Assembly (NCBI GenBank): GCA_035541055.1
Contig: DATKNZ010000401.1
Location: 3,743-67,742 of the forward strand
DNA length: 64,000 nt
Reading direction: 5' to 3'
DNA from: Candidatus Acidiferrum sp.
Lineage (GTDB): Bacteria; Verrucomicrobiota; Verrucomicrobiia; Limisphaerales; UBA8199
The translations under genes and the position numbers were made by a program. Below are positions 35,943 to 45,400 of this stretch, one piece after another. Every line of letters begins with the position of its first letter. Position 1 is the stretch's first letter. The notes beneath the pieces are model-generated. The model was given only the letters and a program-made list of their open reading frames with translations. It ran no database searches and was not told where the DNA came from.

Positions 35943-36697
35943 CCAGCCCGAATGTATCGGACGCCGGCCTGAGTGGCGGGGTTGCAATCGTCACCGGCGG
36001 CAGCCGCGGCATTGGGCGGGCCATCGTTAAGTTGCTCGCCGCGTCGGGCATGGAAGTGGTGCTGACATTCCGGGAGAACTCGACCGCGGCGGCAGAAGTG
36101 GCCGCATCCGGCCCGAAGATCACCGCCGAAGCGCTAGACGTCCGGGAAGCCGCGGCCTGTTCCGCGCTGGTCGAGAAAGTGGCGGACCGGGCGGGGCGGA
36201 TTGACCTGCTGGTCAACAACGCCGGGGTGATCCGGGACAACCCGCTGACGGCGCTGGAAGATGACGACCTGCGCGTGGTACTGGAAACGAACGCGCTCGG
36301 CGCGATGAACATGGCCCGCGCCGTCGCGCCGCACATGGTGGCGGCCCGCAAAGGCAAGATTATTAACATCAGCTCGGTGTCCGGTGAGAAAGGCGGCCGC
36401 GGGCAGACCAACTACGCCGCGAGCAAGGGCGCCGTGAACGCGTTCACACGCGCGCTGGCCGTCGAGCTGGCCCCCCGCGGCATCACGGTCAATGCCGTGG
36501 CGCCGGGTGTGGTTGACACCGAGATGTCGCGCGAGGTGCGCGAGCGGGCCGGCGACGCGGTGCTGTCGCGCGTCCTGCTGCGGCGCATCGGCACGCCAGC
36601 GGACGTGGCGTACGCGGTCTGGTTCCTGGCCTCGCGGTATGCCGATTACATCACGGGCGAAATCGTGCACGTGGATGGCGGATTTAAAATGGAATAG
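35939..36697 (+). CDS. 3-oxoacyl-ACP reductase (FabG-like SDR)
   Basis: 'VAIVTGGSRGIGRAI', 'NNAGVIRDN', 'ISSVSGEKGGRGQTNYAASKGAV' and 'ITVNAVAPGVVDTEM'. ATGA overlap with the upstream gene. Confidence 0.85.
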   Translation: MTSPNVSDAGLSGGVAIVTGGSRGIGRAIVKLLAASGMEVVLTFRENSTAAAEVAASGPKITAEALDVREAAACSALVEKVADRAGRIDLLVNNAGVIRDNPLTALEDDDLRVVLETNALGAMNMARAVAPHMVAARKGKIINISSVSGEKGGRGQTNYAASKGAVNAFTRALAVELAPRGITVNAVAPGVVDTEMSREVRERAGDAVLSRVLLRRIGTPADVAYAVWFLASRYADYITGEIVHVDGGFKME

Positions 36698-36698
36698 C

Positions 36699-37142
36699 AT
36701 GAACAACTCAGAGATCACGAAAGATGAGATCATGGCAGTGTATCCGAAGATTGCGGAGATCATCGCCGCGGCGCTGCCGTGCGAAGTGGAGAAGGTCAAG
36801 CTGGAAGCCTCGCTCATAGACACGCTGGGCGCCCAATCCATTGACTTCCTGGACATCGTCTTCCGCCTGGAGCGGGCGTTCAAGGTGAAGATCCCGCGCG
36901 GCAAGATCGTCGAGGAGGCCCGGGGCAGCCTCTCGCAAGCCGAGTTCGAGCAGGCCGGCGTGGTGACCCCCGCCGGGCTGGCGCGGTTGAAGGAGTTTCT
37001 CAGGGAAGTGCCGGCCGAGCGGTTCCCTTCACCGCTCAAGGTGGCCGACATCCCGCGCCTGTTCACGACCGAGACCTTCTGCAAGATCGTTGTGAGGCAG
37101 CAGCGGACCGGCGCCGCCACCCCCGCGCCCGCAACCGCCTGA
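36699..37142 (+). CDS. Acyl carrier protein with a ~60-aa C-terminal extension
   Basis: 'LEASLIDTLGAQSIDFLDIVFRLERAF' is a phosphopantetheine-attachment helix II (Ser in GAQSID). The ATG lies 1 nt after the FabG-like stop. At 147 aa it is longer than typical ACPs of about 80-90 aa. Confidence 0.75.
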   Translation: MNNSEITKDEIMAVYPKIAEIIAAALPCEVEKVKLEASLIDTLGAQSIDFLDIVFRLERAFKVKIPRGKIVEEARGSLSQAEFEQAGVVTPAGLARLKEFLREVPAERFPSPLKVADIPRLFTTETFCKIVVRQQRTGAATPAPATA

Positions 37143-37160
37143 GCGAGCGCGGCAGCTCCG

Positions 37161-38009
37161 ATGGGCCGCATGGACGCACACTTCCGCGCCTTCTCCTTCG
37201 TGGATCGGCTTACCTGCGTTGAGCCGGGCCGGCGCGTCCGGGGCCGCTATGCCATTCCGGCGGGCCTGGGCCATTTTCCGCTGTCGCTCGTTGGCGAGGC
37301 CGTGGGCCAGTTGGCGGCGTGGGCGGCCATGGCGGCGGCGGATTTCAAGCATCGGCCCGTAGCCGGCCTGGCGGGCCGCATCGAACTGCTCCAAGACACT
37401 GCTCCCGGGCAGGTGGTCGAACTGGCAGCCGATGTCGAAAGCGTGGACGCCGAAAGCGTGCAGTATAGCGGCGAGGCGCACGCCAATGGCACCCCGGTCA
37501 TCCGGCTGACGGATTGTGTGGGGCCGATGATGCCGGTGAGCGACTTTGATGACCCCGAGGCTCTGCGAGCGCGGTTCGGGGCCCTGCAAGGCCAACCCGC
37601 CGCTAACGGCAGCTTTCCCGGGCTGCCTGAGCTGGCGTTCCAGCGTACCGGCGGGGAGCGCGGGCAACGTGTCACGGCGAGTTTCCGGGTCCCATCCCAG
37701 GCACCTTTCTTCGCGGACCACTTTCCGCGCCGTCCCGTCTTTCCGGGCAGCTTGTTGATGCATATCAACTTGCAGCTTGGCGCGGCGCTGGCTGCCGAAC
37801 TCCCGCCGCCCGCTCACCGGCGCTGGCTGCCGGCGACCATACAGGACATGAAGCTGCGCTCGTTCATAGCGCCAGGCACCAGCCTGCTGCTGGAAGCGCG
37901 GCTGAAGCAGCACGCGCAAGACTCTGTCTGCCTGGCGCTGGAGACCCGGGCGGGCAATGACCTGATTGCGACCGCGCGGCTGCTGCTGCGGGCGGGAGGC
38001 GAACGGTGA
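37161..38009 (+). CDS. Double-hotdog 3-hydroxyacyl-ACP dehydratase (FabZ/FabA-like C-terminal half)
   Basis: 'FFADHFPRRPVFPGSLLMHINLQL' matches the HFPxxPxxPG active-site region of FabZ/FabA. The N-terminal ~140 aa look like a second, degenerate hotdog fold. Confidence 0.75.
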   Translation: MGRMDAHFRAFSFVDRLTCVEPGRRVRGRYAIPAGLGHFPLSLVGEAVGQLAAWAAMAAADFKHRPVAGLAGRIELLQDTAPGQVVELAADVESVDAESVQYSGEAHANGTPVIRLTDCVGPMMPVSDFDDPEALRARFGALQGQPAANGSFPGLPELAFQRTGGERGQRVTASFRVPSQAPFFADHFPRRPVFPGSLLMHINLQLGAALAAELPPPAHRRWLPATIQDMKLRSFIAPGTSLLLEARLKQHAQDSVCLALETRAGNDLIATARLLLRAGGER

Positions 38010-38043
38010 GGCAACCCGACCGTGACCGTGGAATCCCGCAGCA

Positions 38044-38270
38044 AAATCCGAAGGCCCAAACCCGAAGGCCGAAAGAAGGCCGAAGGCCGAAGCCCGAAGG
38101 CCCCGGTGTCATTGCCATGGTGAGCGCCGATCGCTTGGGAGTGCAGTGTTCACGCAGCCTGGCCCTGGGGTCAGTTTCCGCCCGTACCAAGTGCGCGGGT
38201 AGCCGCCCAGCGGGTTCGGGCTTCGGATTTCGGCCTTCTTTCGGGCTTCGGCCTTCGGGCTTCGGATTTC
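38044..38270. repeat. CCGAAGG-heptamer inverted-repeat element, copy C (inside the lipid operon)
   Basis: Left arm 38044-38102 (AATCCGAAGGCCCAAACCCGAAGGCCGAAAGAAGGCCGAAGGCCGAAGCCCGAAGG). Right arm 38212-38270 (GGTTCGGGCTTCGGATTTCGGCCTTCTTTCGGGCTTCGGCCTTCGGGCTTCGGATT). Confidence 0.9.
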
Positions 38271-38313
38271 AGCCGCTACTCTCGCGGCCACCGAAAACAC
38301 GGAGGGACATCGC

Positions 38314-39612
38314 GTGAGCGCGCGTCGCAGGGTTGGCATCACCGGCATCGGCATGGTCACGCCGGTAGGCGGAGATGCGCCGACAACCTGGTCGAGCCTC
38401 CTGGCCGGGCATAGCGGCATTGCGCCCATTGGCCAGTTCGATGCCGGCGGGTTCCCCGTGCGGATTGGGGCCGAGGTCAAACACGTGCCCGACGATCCGG
38501 AGCTGTGCGACCCCAAGCTGCGCAAGTTCACGTCCCGCTCGCACCGGTTTGCCCTGGCTGCCGCCCGGGAGGCGCTTGCCGACGCGGGCATCGGCCCCAC
38601 TCCGGCCACCAGCCACCGGTGGGGCCTGAGCGTCGGCGCCGGCATGCTGGGCGTCACGTTTGACGAATTGCAGACCGTCCACTCCTTCTGCGCGCGCGAT
38701 GGCGAGTTCCATGCGGACGGCTTGTTGGACCCCGGCTTCCCTGCCGACCCGGTGGCGTTCTGCCGTGGGCAGACCAACGCCGGCCTGGGCTTGCTGGCAC
38801 GGCAATTCGGCATCACCGGCTATGCGACTTCCGTTCACACCGCCTGCGCTTCGGGAGGGCAAGCCGTCGGCACTGCCCTCAAGGTGATGCGTCGCGGGGC
38901 GGCGGACTTCATGCTCGCGGGCGGCTACGATTCCATGCTGCACCCGATTGGCTTGTCGGGCTTTTGTCTGCTCGGCGCGCTGTCCACGGACAACGAGACA
39001 CCGGAACGGGCGAGCCGCCCGTTTGACCTCACCCGAAACGGTTTCGTGTTGGGCGAAGGCGCCGGGTTCCTGGTGTTGGAGGAATGGCAGGCCGCGCGGG
39101 CCCGCGGCGCGCGCATTTATGCCGAACTGGCCGGCGAAGGCAACTCCCTAAGCAGCTACCGCATAACGGATTCACACCCTTCGGGCGATGGACCGATCCA
39201 GGCCATGCAGCAGGCGCTGGCTGATGCCGGCCTGACGCCCGAGTCGGTGGATTACGTCAACGCGCACGGCACCTCGACCGCGATGAACGACCGCAGTGAA
39301 TGTGCCGCCCTCCGCGCGGTCATGGGGGCACACGCCGGAAAGGTGGCGGTCAGCTCGACCAAGGGCTGCATGGGCCACCTGATTTCGGCGGCGGGCGCCG
39401 TCGAGGCGGGCATTTGCGCGCTGGCCATCCGCAACAGCGTGGCCCCTGTGAACGCCAACCTGGTCCAGGTTGACCCGGAGTGCAATTTGAACATCGTGCG
39501 GTGCGAATCGCGACCGGTGCGCATTGGCGTGGCCATATCGAACTGCTTCGGCTTCGGCGGCTCGAACAACTGCCTGGTGTTCCGGAGCCCGGATGGGGCC
39601 CGAGGGACCTGA
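38314..39612 (+). CDS. Beta-ketoacyl-ACP synthase (FabF/KAS II-like), copy 1
   Basis: GTG start preceded by GGAGGG. Cys-His-His triad contexts 'VHTACASGGQAVG', 'VNAHGTSTAMND' and 'KGCMGHLISAAGAVE'. Confidence 0.9.
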   Translation: MSARRRVGITGIGMVTPVGGDAPTTWSSLLAGHSGIAPIGQFDAGGFPVRIGAEVKHVPDDPELCDPKLRKFTSRSHRFALAAAREALADAGIGPTPATSHRWGLSVGAGMLGVTFDELQTVHSFCARDGEFHADGLLDPGFPADPVAFCRGQTNAGLGLLARQFGITGYATSVHTACASGGQAVGTALKVMRRGAADFMLAGGYDSMLHPIGLSGFCLLGALSTDNETPERASRPFDLTRNGFVLGEGAGFLVLEEWQAARARGARIYAELAGEGNSLSSYRITDSHPSGDGPIQAMQQALADAGLTPESVDYVNAHGTSTAMNDRSECAALRAVMGAHAGKVAVSSTKGCMGHLISAAGAVEAGICALAIRNSVAPVNANLVQVDPECNLNIVRCESRPVRIGVAISNCFGFGGSNNCLVFRSPDGARGT

Positions 39613-39629
39613 GCCATAGCCACTCGGTT

Positions 39630-39789
39630 CAAACCACAGATGGACACAGATAGACACAGATTCGAAAGGCCGGAATCGGATGCTCGTGAGGCGGTGTCGC
39701 CTTCAGCGGGCAGCGGGCTGGGCCCGATCCTAGCCGCGCCAGGATTGAGCGCCCTGCATCTGTGTTCATCTGTGTCCATCTGTGGTTTT
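39630..39789. repeat. AAACCACAGATGGACACAGAT terminal-inverted-repeat element (~160 bp)
   Basis: CAAACCACAGATGGACACAGATAGACACAGATT (39630-39662) pairs with GCATCTGTGTTCATCTGTGTCCATCTGTGGTTTT (39756-39789). It is translated on both strands in the track as '...ICVHLWF...' and '...HRWTQMNTD...'. Confidence 0.9.
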
Positions 39790-39829
39790 CGTCCGCATGG
39801 ATTGGGTTAACCCGCCTCCACTCGCCTTC

Positions 39830-41110
39830 ATGGAACCCACACCGCGCATCGCCATCACCGGGCTGGGAGCGGTCTGCGGTGCCGGGCTGGGCGTCGAGGC
39901 CATTTGGAACCGCGTCCTGAGCGGCAAGTCGGCCGTGGCCCCGATCACGCAATGGGATGCCAGCCGCTGGCCGGTGAAGCAGGCCGCCGAGATCACGGGA
40001 ATCTCCAACAGCACGCTCTTGCCGGACCGCAAGTACCACAAGTTCCTCTCGCGGACCGACCTGTTCGGACTGTATGCCGCGGACGCCGCGATCCAGCGGT
40101 CGGGCCTGCTCGCGTATCGTGATGGCTTGGAGCCGGATGCGACAGCGGCCTTCAACGACCGCAGCGCGGTCTACGTCGGCTCGGGTGGTTGCGCCTACTA
40201 TTACAACTATGACTTTTTCCCGGCCTACTCTGCCGCCGGGGGCGATCTCAGGGCCTTTGGGCGCGAGTTCGAGTCATGCGTGAACCCGATGTGGCTGCTG
40301 ACCCGCCTGCCCAACAATGTCCTTTGCTACATCGGCATCCGCTATTCGTTCAAGGGGACCAACGCCTGCATCACTAACCAGTGCGTGGGCGGGTCGGTGG
40401 CCCTTGCCGAGGCCGCGGCGGCTATCCGCGTTGGCGATGCCGACCGCGCCGTCGCTACGGGGCACGACGCCGCCATCGAGCCGGAGACAGTGCTCCGCTA
40501 CCACCAGCTCGGGCTGCTGTCGCAGAACGGGCTGCGGCCGTTTGATCGCGCGCGCAGCGGCACGGTCTTCGGCGAAGGCGCCGCCAGCCTTGTGCTCGAG
40601 CGCGAGGCGGACGCACGGGCGCGGCGGGCGCAGTTGATCGGCGAGTTCCTGGGTTCCGGCTGCACCACGGAAGCGAGCGGCATTACCTCGGTGCGCCCGG
40701 ACGGCGACGGGCTGAGCCGGGCGATTGGACTCGCGCTGGCCGACGCCGGCGTTTCACCCGGCCAGGTGGGCCTCGTCGTGGCGCACGGGAATGGGACCCT
40801 GACGTCCGATGCCTCGGAGGCCGTCGCCATCCGGCGCGTGTTTGGAGATTCGCCTCCGCCGATCACCGCTTTCAAGTGGGCGGTGGGCCATACGATCGCT
40901 GCTTCCGGCGTGCTCGATGTAGCTCTCGCCCTCACCGCACTGAGACAGGGGATTGTGCCTGGCATCGCCACGTTGGAATGCCTGGACCCCCAGCTCGCGC
41001 CGCTGCCGGTTTCGGCGGCGCCGCAACCGCCGCGCAGCGACATCGCCCTGGTGCTGAGCCGCGGCTTCGCGGGCATGAATGTGGCGCTGCTGGTCCGGGC
41101 CGTGCGATGA
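39830..41110 (+). CDS. Beta-ketoacyl-ACP synthase-like, copy 2 (divergent partner KS)
   Basis: 'RIAITGLGAVCGAG', 'ITNQCVGGSVALAEA' (Cys retained in an atypical context), 'VVAHGNGTLTSD' and 'KWAVGHTIAASGVLD'. I chose the start at ATG 39830. The track start 39782 lies inside the repeat element. Confidence 0.8.
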   Translation: MEPTPRIAITGLGAVCGAGLGVEAIWNRVLSGKSAVAPITQWDASRWPVKQAAEITGISNSTLLPDRKYHKFLSRTDLFGLYAADAAIQRSGLLAYRDGLEPDATAAFNDRSAVYVGSGGCAYYYNYDFFPAYSAAGGDLRAFGREFESCVNPMWLLTRLPNNVLCYIGIRYSFKGTNACITNQCVGGSVALAEAAAAIRVGDADRAVATGHDAAIEPETVLRYHQLGLLSQNGLRPFDRARSGTVFGEGAASLVLEREADARARRAQLIGEFLGSGCTTEASGITSVRPDGDGLSRAIGLALADAGVSPGQVGLVVAHGNGTLTSDASEAVAIRRVFGDSPPPITAFKWAVGHTIAASGVLDVALALTALRQGIVPGIATLECLDPQLAPLPVSAAPQPPRSDIALVLSRGFAGMNVALLVRAVR

Positions 41111-42351
41111 GCCGGGGCTCCAGGGAGCTGCCCGGGCCGGGCCTGGATACGGTCGAGCTGGGCCGCATCGAACGGCTGCTGGCCGAGAGCGACTCGCAGG
41201 ACGTCGGGCGCCTCTTTACGGAGGCCGAGCTGAAAGACGCCGGCGAGGGGCCGCAACGCGTTCCCCGGCTCGCAGCTCGCTTCGCCGCCAAGGAAGCCTG
41301 CTGCAAGCTCTTCCCGCGGGAATTGGCCCTCGGCATGATCGGCCCCGCCGATTTCTCGGTTCGGCGCGACGCCTACGGCGCGCCCCGCGTCGAGGTAAGC
41401 CGTGACGCGCAATACGTGCTCGACCGCCGCTGCCTCGCAGGCATCAGCGTTTCACTGACGCACACCGATGCCAGCGCGTCGGCAATTGCGACGGCTCAGC
41501 CGCGGATGATTGACGTCCCGTGGTTTGGCCGGATGCTGTATCATCTGGCGCCCTTTCGCCGGCGAGTCGTGCTGGACAACCTGCGCCGCGTGTTCGGCGA
41601 CGTGCTCGGGGAGGAGGACATCCAGCGGCTGGCCCAGGCTTACTGCGCCCATTTCGCCCGGTTCCTGGTCGAGTTTGCGCGGATGCCCTTCATGTCCGAT
41701 GCGCGGCGAAAGGCCTGGGTCCGGGTCGAGAACGCGGAGTCCGCCATCCGCGCACAGGCGCAAGGCAAGGGCCTGTTGCTGCTGACCGGGCACTTTGGCA
41801 ACTGGGAAGTCGCTACGGTTATCGGCATGCGCCAGTTCCCGCAGTATCGTGGCGCGCTTCACGTCGTGCGCCGCCCGCTCAAGCCCGCGTTGCTTAACGC
41901 TTTTGTCAACCGCAGGTTCCAGCGGTCGGGCTTCGGCACCCTGCCCAAGCGTGGCTCGCTCCAAGTTATCCTGGACCTGCTCGCCGAAGGCGCGGTCCTG
42001 GTCTATGTGCTCGACCAGCACGCGGGTGGCAACGACGGGGTCGTCGTGGACTTCCTGGGCCAACCTGCCGGCACGTTCAAGAGCCTGGCAGTGCTCGCCC
42101 TTCATACCGGGGCGCCGGTCGTTCCAGTCTGCGGCTGGCGAGAGCCCGATGGCCGGCATGTCCTGCGGTTCGAGGACCCGGTGCCGCTGATCGAGTGCGA
42201 CGATCCCGGCGAGGCCATCCGCCGCAACACTCAGAGCTACAGTACGGCCCTGGAACGCATGCTCCTGCGCCACCCCGAGCAGTGGATCTGGATGCACCGC
42301 CGCTGGAAGGCCGCCGCCGCCAGCCAAGTCACCCCTGCTCCAGCTAGCTAG
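41107..42351 (+). CDS. Fusion: AcpS-type 4'-phosphopantetheinyl transferase + LpxL/HtrB-type (lipid A biosynthesis / lysophospholipid) acyltransferase
   Basis: The N-terminal ~125 aa carry 'LDTVELGRIERLL', 'RLAARFAAKEACCKL' and 'ISVSLTHTDASASAIA' (AcpS hallmarks). The remainder carries 'VVLDNLRRVFG' and 'LLLTGHFGNWE' (HX4-acidic acyltransferase motif). ATG 41107 overlaps the KS2 stop (ATGA). Confidence 0.75.
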   Translation: MSRGSRELPGPGLDTVELGRIERLLAESDSQDVGRLFTEAELKDAGEGPQRVPRLAARFAAKEACCKLFPRELALGMIGPADFSVRRDAYGAPRVEVSRDAQYVLDRRCLAGISVSLTHTDASASAIATAQPRMIDVPWFGRMLYHLAPFRRRVVLDNLRRVFGDVLGEEDIQRLAQAYCAHFARFLVEFARMPFMSDARRKAWVRVENAESAIRAQAQGKGLLLLTGHFGNWEVATVIGMRQFPQYRGALHVVRRPLKPALLNAFVNRRFQRSGFGTLPKRGSLQVILDLLAEGAVLVYVLDQHAGGNDGVVVDFLGQPAGTFKSLAVLALHTGAPVVPVCGWREPDGRHVLRFEDPVPLIECDDPGEAIRRNTQSYSTALERMLLRHPEQWIWMHRRWKAAAASQVTPAPAS

Positions 42352-42405
42352 CTAAGCCGGAGCGGGGATGGCTGTTAAGTGGCGGGTGTTTCCGGAGGCC
42401 CTCCC

Positions 42406-45400
42406 CTACGGCACAAAAACTCGGAAGTAGCAGACCGGGTTCGTGGCGGGCTGCGGGTCCGTGAATCGATATTCGCCTGGTGTGGCCTCCGTCGTGGTCC
42501 CCACCACCGCCCAGTTGCTCAGCGGCAAAGCAAGGTTCGTGGAGCAAATGACGGTGAGAGTCATACCCGGAGTGCCTGCCGCCGACAGCACCATGTTGCC
42601 CCCGGCAGAACTCAAAATGCCGGTGAGTTGAATGGGGCCAGGACTCAATGTGGTCATGGTCGCGTCCTGCCCAAAGGCGACGCCGCCCGAATTTGAAGCC
42701 GTAACCCGGTAATGATAAAGCGTGCCCGGTGCCAGGGACGCGATTGGCAGAGACAGGGCCACCGGCGTGCTGCCGGAGGCGAGGAAGTTAGTGGCGGACG
42801 AGAGGCCATACGCGGTGGTCAGGCCGTATTGGAAGCAGCAAGCGGTTGCGCTGCCTTGCGGGGTGACGGTGGCGTTGAGCGTGCCGGAGCGGGCAGTAAT
42901 GTTGGACGCGCTTAAGGTGCAGACCGCAGGCAGGGCCAGGTCCACCACCACCAAGACGGCTGGTGAACTGGTCACGGCGCCCGCAAGGTTGGTCAGGACA
43001 ACGCTGTAGGTGCCCGAGTTGTTGGTTTGGACGTTTGTCAAAGTCAACGTGGCACTGGTTGCCAGGGGGATATTCGCGCCGTTGTAGGCCCATTGGTAAC
43101 TGATGGGCGCCGCGCTCGTGGCGGCGACGGAGAATGTCGCCGTCACGCCATCAGGATTAGTGCCCACACCAAGGGTCTGGCTCGTGGGCTGGAGCGTGAT
43201 GACCGGGGGGACGACCGCGACCAGCGTGGCCACGGCACTGGTTGTTGAACCGGCGATATCAGTTACCACCGCCGTATAGTCGCCGGCATTGGCCACTTGA
43301 ACGTTCGTCAGCGTCAGGGTTGAAAGAGTGCTTCCGGCGAGGTTAGCTCCGTTGAACTGCCATTGATAGCTGAGGGGGGCGTAACCATCAGCGCCAACAA
43401 AGAAGACCGCCGTCTGGCCGGTTAGCACCAGCGAGCTTTGCGGCTGCGTGGTGATGGCGGGGGGCGCGAGGAGGGTGATAAACACGGTAGCTGGGTCAGA
43501 GGTTTGAGAGCCGTTGTCCGCCACGAACCTGAAGCTGTCCGCGCCGCTGTAGTTGGGTGTCGGCTGATAGAGCAGGTTAGGCCCGGTGCCGCTGAAGGTG
43601 CCGTGGGCCGGGGAGGTGACCACAGTATAGTTAGTGACGGGAGGGACGGCGAAAGCGGTGCTCAGCGTAATGGGCAACGCGGCATTCATTGCGTTGGTCA
43701 GGTTCTGGCTTAAGGCAACGGGGACGGGGATGAAGTAGAGGAGGCTGGTGTTGGTGGTGCAGAGGTGGAGGTCGCCGGCGAGGGTGGCGATCTCGTTGGT
43801 GGCTAGCGCACGGGTGTAAATCCGGGCTTCGTCCAACATGCCGGTGAAATGGTTGGCGTTGGCGAGGGCGTTGACGCCGATATAGCTGTCGGAGCCCAGC
43901 GTGTAGGAGATTTGCTGTCCTCCCACCCACTGGGAGGCTACCTTGGCCCCATCCAGGTAGAGGGACTGGTATTTGGCAACGGTGTCGAACGTGTATGCCA
44001 CATGGTGCCAGCCCGCACCGGCCAGGGTGGCACTGTAGGGGACGATTTTGACAGTGTTTCCGTTGTAGAAGTATCCGGCGAGATAGCCGGAGGCATCGAG
44101 GATCAGGGCGGCGCTCTCTCCCAGCGAGATAACTTCCGAGCCACCGTTAGCGGGCGTGGTGAGATTCACCCACGCCGCCAGTGTGACACTCGCCGGCTGG
44201 CCGAGCAGCCCGGTGATCTTCATGTATGAGTTGGAGTTCGTTCCATTCAGCCGGAGCACGTTGCCGCGCATCGGGTCTGCCACAGCCTGAAAGCTGCCGT
44301 TTAGTTGGCCATTGTTTCCGGCCGTTGGACTATTGTTCTGCGCCAGGGTAGCCGCGGTGTTGGTAACATCGAAGGTGTAGTGTCCGGCCAGGTTGGTATC
44401 GTAATTCAGGGCGGTCAGCGTGTCATCTACGGCTTTGATGGTGAGCGTGGCATTCCCATTGAAATGCGTACCGGTGGCAAAGGAGAGGCCACTCAACGCG
44501 GCGTTGAGGTTCATCAGCGATCCGCGGAACGTCATGTTGGTGTCGGCCACTCCATCGCCCGCGGTAAACGCCAGGCCGCCAGTTCCGTTCAATGTGGCCA
44601 CGCCGTTGGTGGCCCATAGTGTGAGCTCGATCGGATTTGCCCCCGAATCGGGCGCACTAATCGAGATGGCGTTCCCGTTGGCAGTCGAGAATACACGCGC
44701 TATGTCTTGGGTCGCCGTCACTGTCGCCGGCATCCAGGCGACGGGGACCTGGTGCACGTGTGTGATGGTGACGGCAACCAGTCCTGTGGCGTACAGGCTG
44801 CCATCAAAGGCGGTGAAGGTGAAACTATCGCTGCCGAAAGCGTTGGTCGCCGGCAGGTAGGTGACCGCGCCGCTCTGAGAGTTGAGGGTGCCTAGTGCGC
44901 CGTTGGTGGGCCGGGCCAGGATTGCATAGACCAGGTTGCTGCTGTCCACATCGGTGGCGGTTAACACCAGGTTGGTCGCGGTGTTCTCCAGGACGGTTAC
45001 GGTCTGGTTGCTCGCTACCGGCGGGCGGTCCACATACGTGACCGTCAGGCTCACCGTTGCCGCGCTGGACGTCGTCGTGCCGTCGTTGGCCTTGTAGGTG
45101 AAGCTGTCGCCGCCGTAGTAGTTGGTCGCCGGCTTGTAGGTGAAGCCGCCAGTGGAGTTCAAGGTCAGGGTGCCGTGACTGACGGAGGTCATCAACACGG
45201 CAGTCAACGTGTCACCGTCTTGGTCAGTGTCGTTCGCAAGGACACCGGGAGCCGCGATGGTCAGGGTCACGTTTTCGGCGGTGGTATAGCTGTCGTTGTT
45301 GGCGACCGGGGCGTGGTCAAGAACGGTCAACGTGGCGGGGGCGCTGGGGACGGTGCCGCCGGCATTTGTGACTTTTACGTAATACGTGCCCGCATTGGCG

